This document shows positions 8,471 to 17,651 of a DNA stretch of 64,000 bases, in pieces; the first letter of the stretch is position 1, and each line of letters opens with the position of its first letter. The stretch is taken from positions 64,001-128,000 of the forward strand of contig JBBQUR010000007.1 in the NCBI GenBank assembly GCA_038212275.1, read 5' to 3'. The DNA is from Planctomycetota bacterium (GTDB lineage Bacteria; Planctomycetota; B15-G4). A program made the position numbers and the translations under genes. The notes under the pieces are model-generated. The model was given only the letters and a program-made list of their open reading frames with translations, searched no databases and was not told the origin of the DNA.

Positions 8471-10504
8471 ATGACCGTGCGATGCCGCCTCGTCCTGTCC
8501 GCCCTCGCCCTCGCGGCGCTCTCACTCCAGGCCGCGGCTCAGGCCACCGTGTTGCGCGTCGATCGCGACGCCACCGGAGCCGGTACCGGCGCCACGTGGG
8601 CCGACGCCGTCCCCGACCTGCAGACCGCGCTGGGCGCGGCCGCCACGCTCGCCGCCGCCGGCACGCCGGTCCAGCTCTGGGTCGCCGAGGGCAGCTACGC
8701 GCCGGCCGGACCGCTCGGCCCGCAGACCGCCAGCTTCGTCCTGCATGACGGCATCGGCGTGTACGGCGGCTTCGCCGGCGACGAGACGCTCTTCACGCAG
8801 CGCGACGTGCTCGCGCACGTCACCGTGCTGACCGGCGACCTGCAGGGCGACGACCAGCCCGACTTGGTCAACCACTTCAACAACGTCTGGCACGTCGTGC
8901 TCGCCGACGGTGTCGGCCCGAGCGCGGTGCTCGACGGCGTGACGATCCGGGGCGGCAACGCGACCGACGCCTTCTCGGGTAATGCGAGCGGTGGCGGCCT
9001 GCGTGCGCTGGGCGGCGCCCCCACCGTCGCGCGCTGCACGATCAGCGACAACTTCGCCTCGTCGGGCGCGGGCATCCTGCTCGGCGGTGCGACGGGCGCG
9101 TCGTTCACCGACTGCGTGATCGCCGACAATCTCGCGCAGCCGTATCGTGCGGGCGGCATGTACGTGGCCAGCGGAGCAGGAGTGCGCGTCGAGGGCTGCA
9201 CGTTTCGCGGCAATCGCGCCAACGGCTTCGGCTCGCCGTCCGATGGCGGCGGCATGTTCATCGAATTCTCCACGACGCCGACGATCCGCCGCTGCACCTT
9301 CAAGGGCAACTCCTCCACCAACCCCGGCGTGAACTACGACAACGGCGGTGGCATCTGCAACTTGTCGGACGGCATGGTGCTGGACGGTTGCGTCTTCACC
9401 GGCAACAACGCCGAGGTCGGCGGCGGCGTGTGGAACGGCGGCGACACCCTCACCTCGAACTGCGTGTTCAGCGGCAACTCGGCCGTGGTCGCGGGCGGCC
9501 TGATGAACTTCTTCGCCACGACGACCGTCCTGAACTGCAGCTTCTCCGGCAACACCGCCACCGATGGCGGCGGCGGCATGAGCAACAACTACTCGCCGCA
9601 GGTGCTGGTCTACAACTGCGTGCTCTGGGGCAACACGTCGCCGGGCCAGGAGCTGGTCAAGCAGCAGATCCACAACTTCAACTCCTCGGTGAAGATCCGC
9701 TGGAGCGACGTGCAGGCCCTCCTGCAGACGATTCCGGGCGAGGACCCGCCCGATCCCTCCAACTTCCCCGGCTGCCTCGACGCCAACCCGCTCTTCACCG
9801 ACGCGAATGGCGCCGACAACGTCACCGGCACGCTCGATGACGACCTGCGCCTCGCGGCCGGCTCGCCGTGCCTCGATGCCGGCAACAACTCCTACGTGCC
9901 GGCGGGCGTGCTCGCCGACGCCGCGGCCGCGCCACGCTTCCACGACGTGCCCGCCGCGCCGAACACCGGCAGCGGCATCTCGCCGCTGGTGGACATGGGA
10001 GCGCTGGAAACCGGCGCCGTGACGCCGTGGAGCAGCCTCGCGGGCGGCGGCGGCGTGGGTGCGGGCGGCAGCCTCGGTGGAAGCGGTGGCGCCGGCGGCG
10101 CGGGCGGCGGAGCGGTCGCGGCCACCGGCGGCGGCGCAGGCTCCGGACTGCCGGGCGTGCGCGGCGTGCCGGTGTTGTCCGGCGCGGGTTCCCTGAAGGC
10201 GGGCTCACCGGGCGCGCTCGTGTTGCGCGGCGCCCGGCCCGCGGCGCCCGTGCCACCGATCGCCGTGCTCTTCGTCTCGACGGGCGCAGGCGCCGCGCCG
10301 TTCAAGGGCGGCCTGCTCGCAGCCTTCCCCCCGCTGATCGTGCTCGGACTGGCCACCGATGCGAGCGGTGGCCTGACCGTCGGCTGGAACGCATGGCCCG
10401 GCGATGCCGCCGGACTCACGCTCGTCTTCCAGTACGCCATCGTCGATGCCGCCGCGGTGAAAGGCGTCGCGCTCTCCCATGCGCTGAACGCCAGCGTGCC
10501 GTAA
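8471..10504 (+). CDS. Secreted right-handed parallel beta-helix repeat protein with Gly-rich linker and C-terminal domain
   Basis: GGGAGGA RBS; signal peptide; repeated CxFxGN / GGG(M/I/L) units; DDDLRLAAGSPCLDAG and VDMGALE cap motifs. Confidence 0.88.
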   Translation: MTVRCRLVLSALALAALSLQAAAQATVLRVDRDATGAGTGATWADAVPDLQTALGAAATLAAAGTPVQLWVAEGSYAPAGPLGPQTASFVLHDGIGVYGGFAGDETLFTQRDVLAHVTVLTGDLQGDDQPDLVNHFNNVWHVVLADGVGPSAVLDGVTIRGGNATDAFSGNASGGGLRALGGAPTVARCTISDNFASSGAGILLGGATGASFTDCVIADNLAQPYRAGGMYVASGAGVRVEGCTFRGNRANGFGSPSDGGGMFIEFSTTPTIRRCTFKGNSSTNPGVNYDNGGGICNLSDGMVLDGCVFTGNNAEVGGGVWNGGDTLTSNCVFSGNSAVVAGGLMNFFATTTVLNCSFSGNTATDGGGGMSNNYSPQVLVYNCVLWGNTSPGQELVKQQIHNFNSSVKIRWSDVQALLQTIPGEDPPDPSNFPGCLDANPLFTDANGADNVTGTLDDDLRLAAGSPCLDAGNNSYVPAGVLADAAAAPRFHDVPAAPNTGSGISPLVDMGALETGAVTPWSSLAGGGGVGAGGSLGGSGGAGGAGGGAVAATGGGAGSGLPGVRGVPVLSGAGSLKAGSPGALVLRGARPAAPVPPIAVLFVSTGAGAAPFKGGLLAAFPPLIVLGLATDASGGLTVGWNAWPGDAAGLTLVFQYAIVDAAAVKGVALSHALNASVP

Positions 10505-10677
10505 CCGACGCGCGCCGGCACCGAGGGGCACCGTCACCGAGGCGCGTCTTCAACGAGGCGCGGCTTCAGCAAGGCGATTCGCAACCCGAACGCGTCGCCG
10601 CCCGCCCGATGCCGCCGATCGCTCCCGCGGCTCACATTCGGCTGGGGTTGCCTGCCGGCGTGACCTAGGCTGCGCGC

Positions 10678-10932
10678 ATGGCCTGGTCGGTCTACGTGCT
10701 CGTCTCCGCGTCCCGCGCGCACACCTACGTCGGCATCACGACCGATCTCGAGCGCCGCCTTGCACAGCACAACGGCGAGTTGCCGGGCGGCGCGCGCAAC
10801 ACGCGGCGTGGCCGACCCTGGGCGCTGGGCGTCGTGCACGGGAGCTTCGAGGAGCGCGCCGAGGCACAACGCGTAGAGGCTGCCCTCAAGCGCCGACGCG
10901 GCGCGGAGCGATTGGTGCGCGACGCCGGCTGA
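10678..10932 (+). CDS. Small GIY-YIG nuclease (SLX1-like)
   Basis: VYVL...TYVGITTDLERRLAQHNG...GGARNTRRGRPW...EAQRVE. Confidence 0.9.
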   Translation: MAWSVYVLVSASRAHTYVGITTDLERRLAQHNGELPGGARNTRRGRPWALGVVHGSFEERAEAQRVEAALKRRRGAERLVRDAG

Positions 10933-10937
10933 CAGCT

Positions 10938-10987
10938 CAGTCGAGCGCAGTCGACCTCAGTCGACCTCAGTCGACCTCAGTCGACCT
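10938..10987. repeat. 10-bp tandem repeat CAGTCGACCT (4 perfect + 1 degenerate)
   Basis: Read directly; begins just after the GIY-YIG stop. Confidence 0.95.
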
Positions 10988-11128
10988 CGGGCGGCTGCGG
11001 CCTCGCCACCGGAATCCGAGCCGGCAAGGGCGACGTCCTGATCGGGATCGGTGACGGGGGCAACAGGGTCATCGCGTGAACTGCAGCCAGGCCGTCACGA
11101 CGGGGCCGCAAGGCCGTCGACAGCTGTC

Positions 11129-11500
11129 ATGGCCACCGAAGTCCCCACGACGACCGAGCGCATCAGCCGCAATCCCGACCGCTTCTCGCCTGACTTCATG
11201 TTCCAGCTCACGACGGAGGAAGCAGCGTGTCCAAGGTCACAAGCTGTGACCTTGGACGGCGGCCGGGGGGCAGCACCGGGCAGCGATCCGGCTGCGCTGG
11301 AGCCTTCCCCCTTCTCGATCGCCGCACTCGACGTCGATGGCGATGGCCGCCTCGAACTGGTGCTTCCTTACTTCGAGCGCAACGCCGTCGGCATCCTGTT
11401 TCTGGACGCCGCCATGAAGCTGCGCCGCAGCGTGTGCGTCCCCGTCTGCCAGCACCCATGGGCCGTGAGCATCGTGCGACTCCGTCCGAGCAGGCGCTGA
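11129..11500 (+). pseudogene. Chimeric remnant: ORF6N-domain fragment fused to an FG-GAP/VCBS repeat fragment
   Basis: RNPDRFSPDFMFQLTTEEA...RSQAVT (ORF6N core lacking its N-terminal half) followed by PFSIAALDVDGDGRLELV. Confidence 0.7.
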
Positions 11501-11580
11501 GGGCGACTCGCAAGCGTGGTTCGTGCGAGCTGCCGGAGACGTCACACCGGCAAGAGCGCAGCCTGAACTGCCGCGACAGC

Positions 11581-12549
11581 TCAGTCCATCTCGGGCGGCA
11601 GCGGTCTCGCCGGGAGCAGGCGCCAGGACGCCCCGCGCACCAGCACGGTGCGGGCGGCGGGATGCGCCGGATCGACGGGCAGGACGTCCGCGGCGGCGCC
11701 GGGCAACACCACCCATTCGCCGCGCTGCACGTGCGGCGGGACGAGCGCAGCCTGCGGCGCATCGCCGGCATCGAGCCCTGCCAGCGTGCCGGCGACGGCG
11801 GCAATCAGCGCGCCGACGCCCGGGGCGGGCAACCCGCCGGCGCCCGGGGCGAGAAGACTGTCGGCCGCTGCCGGCGGCGCCGTGTGCAACGCGAGCACGG
11901 GCTGGCTCGCTGCGAGGCGCGGGCAGACCGCGTCGATGGCCAGCGCCGGCGGCGCGCGCAGCACCGGCGCGAGCAGGCCGCCGCACTGCGTCAGCAGTCC
12001 GGCCGGCGCGGCGGGCGGCGCGCCGTGCTCCGGCGGCAGCTCGTGGCCCAGCAGCGCGGCGATACGCGCGGCGTTGGCGCGCTGCTCGTCGTCGGCGTGA
12101 CGCATCACGGCCACGCCGGCGGCCAGTGCATCCTTCACGAAGCCGTCGTCGCGCACGCCGCCGCCCGCCAGCAGCCGCTCGGGTGGAAAGCCCGCCTCCA
12201 GCGCGAGGGTCAGCTCGTGAGACGAGCGCACGGCCGCCCACCACCCTGATGCCGCGATCTGCCCCAGGACGGCAAGCGGACCGACCGCCGCGACCGCGAT
12301 GCAGCGCGCAGAGTACGGCATCGACTCGGGGGCGGCGCGGAGAGCCGAGCGCTCCGCACTCGGCGCCGGCACTCCGGCCGAGGCGCTGCTCCCGGCCACG
12401 CCTGCAATCGCCATCTCGACCGCCGCGTGCGAGACAAGCCAAGCCGCGCGACCGTCGAGCGCGCCGGAGAGGTCCGTGAGGTCCACGTCCTCCAGGTGCA
12501 GGCGCCCGTCACGGCGGGTGAACGGGGGCATGTCGGGCTCGCCGGGCAT
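11581..12549 (-). CDS. Degenerate diaminopimelate-decarboxylase (LysA)-like protein, PLP lysine absent
   Basis: FTRRDGRLHLEDVDL N-terminus and SSHELTLALEAGFPPERLL match LysA; YAVKAN position reads IAVAAV; shorter than LysA. Confidence 0.65.
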   Translation of the reverse strand: MPGEPDMPPFTRRDGRLHLEDVDLTDLSGALDGRAAWLVSHAAVEMAIAGVAGSSASAGVPAPSAERSALRAAPESMPYSARCIAVAAVGPLAVLGQIAASGWWAAVRSSHELTLALEAGFPPERLLAGGGVRDDGFVKDALAAGVAVMRHADDEQRANAARIAALLGHELPPEHGAPPAAPAGLLTQCGGLLAPVLRAPPALAIDAVCPRLAASQPVLALHTAPPAAADSLLAPGAGGLPAPGVGALIAAVAGTLAGLDAGDAPQAALVPPHVQRGEWVVLPGAAADVLPVDPAHPAARTVLVRGASWRLLPARPLPPEMD

Positions 12550-12746
12550 GCGCGGAGGTTACCGCGGGAGCCGCGCGCTCGTGTGGCCCTGAGCAATCCG
12601 CACTTGCTCGGAGCGCGCTGCTTCGGACCCGTGCCGACTGGCGCCGACTGGCGCCAACGGGCGCCCCTGTCCTGTGCAGGCAGTGCCTCAACAGGTGAGG
12701 GATGGCCCGGGCACCCCCTGCGAGGTCGGCCTCGGCCGCGAAGCGC

Positions 12747-13502
12747 TCAGGCCTCGTCTTCGAGGCGCTCCGCGAGCCGGTCCAGCATGCGGCCGTGGAT
12801 CTGGCACACGCGAGACTCGGAGATGCCTTCCTTCTTGCCGATGGCCTTCAGCGTGAGGCCCTCGAAGTAGTAGGCGTGCACCAGGCGCTTCTCGACGTCG
12901 GTCAGCTCGCGCGAGACCACGTCGAAGATCTCGCGGCGGTGCAGGATCTCGGAGGGCTCGCCCTGCTGGTCCACGAACTGCGGGCCGGTGGGCTCCTCCA
13001 TCTGCACGCCGTCGTCGTCCTCGGCCGGGGTCAGCGAGACCATGCTGCCGAAGCGCAGCTCGCCCAGCGCCTCGCGCAGGGCTTCCAGCGAGAGGCGCAG
13101 GCGGCGCGCCAGCTCCAGGTCGGTCGGGTCGCGGCCGAGCTTCTCGCGCATGTCCGCGATGACCTCGGCCAGGCGCGAACCGCGGTTGCGGGCCTCGCGC
13201 GGGATCCAGTCCTGCTGGCGCAGGTGGTCGATCATCGCGCCGCGCGTGCGCAGCCGGCAGTAGGTCTCGAACTTGACGTTGCGTTCGGGGTCGAAGTTCT
13301 CGATGGCCTTGAAGAGGCCGAAGACGCCGGCGCCGCGCAGGTCGTCCTCGTCCACGGTGCGCGGCAGGCGCATGGCGAGCTGCTCCGCGACGGAGCGCAC
13401 GAGCGGCATGTACGCCTCGACGAGCTGGTCCTTGTAGAAGCGCTTGCGAGTGCGCAGATACTTCTGCCACAGGTCCTCGATCGAAGTCTCGCACGCCCTC
13501 AA
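12747..13502 (-). CDS. FliA/WhiG family sigma factor
   Basis: DLRGAGVFGLFKAIENFDPERNVKFETY, RGAMIDHLRQQDWIPR, YYFEGLTLKAIG...ISESRVCQIH; TTG start after GGAG inferred. Confidence 0.92.
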   Translation of the reverse strand: MRACETSIEDLWQKYLRTRKRFYKDQLVEAYMPLVRSVAEQLAMRLPRTVDEDDLRGAGVFGLFKAIENFDPERNVKFETYCRLRTRGAMIDHLRQQDWIPREARNRGSRLAEVIADMREKLGRDPTDLELARRLRLSLEALREALGELRFGSMVSLTPAEDDDGVQMEEPTGPQFVDQQGEPSEILHRREIFDVVSRELTDVEKRLVHAYYFEGLTLKAIGKKEGISESRVCQIHGRMLDRLAERLEDEA

Positions 13503-13810
13503 GCGCCACTCTCCATCACGGTCCGCCGCATCGACTGTCCGGCAGCGCTGCACGAGCCGCGCATCCTTCGCCGACGCTCGCACCAAGGTGGCCGCCCGTC
13601 GCGCTGATTTCAAGCGCCGAGTGGCCGTGCGCAGCGCACGACGCGCGCACCGGAAGTGCGTGTCGTCGCGGCGACGTGCACGTCGCGCGACTTCGCAAGG
13701 CGCGCGTGCGCAAATTCCCCCTTCCCGCGATGCACCGGATGCGGAATGCTGGACACTTCGTCGCGCGACAGCCTCGCGCCGGCAACCGCCCACTGCGTCG
13801 GGAGCACGAC

Positions 13811-15601
<1,791 letters not shown>

Positions 15602-15608
15602 GGCAGCC

Positions 15609-17099
15609 ATGGGCAGTTCCGCCGAGAAGCCGGCCGTCGCGCGGGTTCCACGCGACGACGTGCGCCATCGCATCGGGCAGGTGCTCTGGCCCGCCGTGCG
15701 CTGCAGCAAGGGCGAGGCCGGCCTGGCGGCGCTGGCGCCGCTCTTCGACGAGTTTCCGCCGGGCGGCGTCATCGTCTTCGGCGAGGGCGTCGAGCGCGTC
15801 GACCGGCTCATCGCGGCGCTCCGGCTGCGCGTGCGCGGCGACCTGCTCGTCTCCTCGGACCTCGAGCGCGGCGCCGGCCAGCAGGTGCGCGAACTCTCGT
15901 CGCTGCCTCCCGCCATGGCGCTGGCGGCGTGCCCCGGCGCGGACGCCGCGCACGACGCAGGCCTGCTCACCGGTCTCGAGGCGCGGCAGGCGGGCATCGA
16001 CGTCGTCTACGCGCCCGTCGTGGACGTGAACACCGCCGCCACCAATCCGATCATCGCCACGCGCTCCTTCGGCGACGACGGGCACCGCGTCGCGGCGCTG
16101 GCTTCGGAGTTCGCCGCGGGCCTGCGCGAGGGCGGCGTGCTGGACGTCGCCAAGCACTTTCCCGGCCATGGCAGCACCGTGCAGGACAGCCACAACGAAC
16201 TGGCGCGCGTCACGCGCTCGGCGGAGGAGCTGGAGGCCGTGGACCTGCTGCCGTTCCGCACGCTGATCGCCGAGGGCGTCGGCGGCATCATGGTCGGACA
16301 TCTCGAGGTGCCGGCGCTGGATCCCGTGCCGGGCCGGCCCGCGACGCGCTCGCCGTCCATCGTGCTGGAGCTCCTGCGCGACCGCCTCGGCTACGACGGC
16401 CTCGTCATCACCGACGCGATGGACATGGGCGGCTTTCCGCGCGACGAGTCGCGCGCCGTGGACGTGCTGCAGTCCGGCCTCGACGTGCTGCTCATGCCGA
16501 AGGACCCGCTGGCCACGGCCCGCGCGCTGCTCGACGCGCACGAACGCGGGTGGCTGCCCGACGAGGTGCTCGATGCGGCGGTCGCGCGCATCGCGGCGGC
16601 GCGCGCGAGAGTGCGCGGCGCCGTGCCGCCCGCGCGCCGGCCGGACGCGTCCTTGCCGGCCACACTGCTGTCGCAGTCACTCACGGGCAACGGCCGCCCC
16701 ATCGTCCCGCTCATCCGCGGCGTGCCCGTGGACGTGGCCGTGTTCGGCGACGACGGCACGGGCCGCGTCGTGCCGGCCTTCCTCGAGGCGCTCTCCGCGG
16801 CCGGCATCCCCGTGGCGCCGGGCACGCGGCGCATCGGCCTGCTGCTCACGACGGTGCGCGCCTGGCAGGGCAGCTCGCGCCTGCCGGACCTCGACCGCAA
16901 ACGCCTGCAATGGGCGCTCGAACACGGGCAGCTGCAGGCCGTCGTCATCCTCGGCTCCCCCTACGAGTTGCTCTCCCTCCCGGGCGACGTCCCCGCCGTG
17001 CTTGCCTACGAGCCCACTCCAGCGGCCGCCGTCGCCGCCGTGCGCGTGCTGCTCGGCGAGGCCGACGCCCCGGGGCACCTGCCCGTCGGCGCCGGGTAA
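15609..17099 (+). CDS. Glycoside hydrolase family 3, beta-N-acetylhexosaminidase (NagZ-like)
   Basis: SDLERG, APVVDVN, RSFGDD, KHFPGHGSTVQDSH, ITDAMDM. Confidence 0.9.
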   Translation: MGSSAEKPAVARVPRDDVRHRIGQVLWPAVRCSKGEAGLAALAPLFDEFPPGGVIVFGEGVERVDRLIAALRLRVRGDLLVSSDLERGAGQQVRELSSLPPAMALAACPGADAAHDAGLLTGLEARQAGIDVVYAPVVDVNTAATNPIIATRSFGDDGHRVAALASEFAAGLREGGVLDVAKHFPGHGSTVQDSHNELARVTRSAEELEAVDLLPFRTLIAEGVGGIMVGHLEVPALDPVPGRPATRSPSIVLELLRDRLGYDGLVITDAMDMGGFPRDESRAVDVLQSGLDVLLMPKDPLATARALLDAHERGWLPDEVLDAAVARIAAARARVRGAVPPARRPDASLPATLLSQSLTGNGRPIVPLIRGVPVDVAVFGDDGTGRVVPAFLEALSAAGIPVAPGTRRIGLLLTTVRAWQGSSRLPDLDRKRLQWALEHGQLQAVVILGSPYELLSLPGDVPAVLAYEPTPAAAVAAVRVLLGEADAPGHLPVGAG

Positions 17100-17158
17100 C
17101 GCCGTGCGCCGCCGGGCGCTAAGATCCCGTGCATGAAGTCTCTCCAGGGGATCGTGCC

Positions 17159-17629
17159 GTGAATTTCTCGCGCTACATCGCCGAGGATCGCGTCGATCTG
17201 GACCTGGATGCCGCGTTCGACGCCGACCATCCACCGGACCACGAAGCCGTCGTGCTGCACATGGCCGGCCTGCTCTCGCGCAGCCCGGAAGTGGTCAATG
17301 CGAACAAGCTGCGCACGGATCTCGTGAATCGCGAGAAGCGCGCGCCGTCGCTGCCAGGCCACGGCGTGGCCATGCCTCACGTGCGCACGCTGCAGGCGCG
17401 CAAGCTGGTGCTCGCGGTGGCGGTGAGTCACGCGGGCCTCGCGCTGGACGCGCCGGACGAGCTGCCGATCCGACTGGTGATCGCGCTCGTCGGCCCGCCC
17501 TACGACGACAAGGCCTACCTCGCGATGTATCGCGCGCTGGGCGAGCAGCTCCAGCAACCGGAATGGGTCGCCAGCGTCATGCAGGCCGTCGCTCCGGGCG
17601 AGGTCGTGCGCGCGCTCAGCCTGCCCTGA
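17159..17629 (+). CDS. PTS IIA (fructose/Ntr-type) domain protein
   Basis: LVNREK...GHGVAMPHVR, LDAPDELPIRLVIALVGP. Confidence 0.85.
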   Translation: MNFSRYIAEDRVDLDLDAAFDADHPPDHEAVVLHMAGLLSRSPEVVNANKLRTDLVNREKRAPSLPGHGVAMPHVRTLQARKLVLAVAVSHAGLALDAPDELPIRLVIALVGPPYDDKAYLAMYRALGEQLQQPEWVASVMQAVAPGEVVRALSLP

Positions 17630-17651
17630 CGGCTGCGGCGCGCGCCGACGA

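Noticed and set aside
7005..10932. Fic + GIY-YIG as an anti-phage defence system
   Set aside because: Not co-transcribed, separated by an unrelated gene; both families are common stand-alone
10938..10987. Tandem repeats as a CRISPR array
   Set aside because: No spacers, units too short, no cas genes
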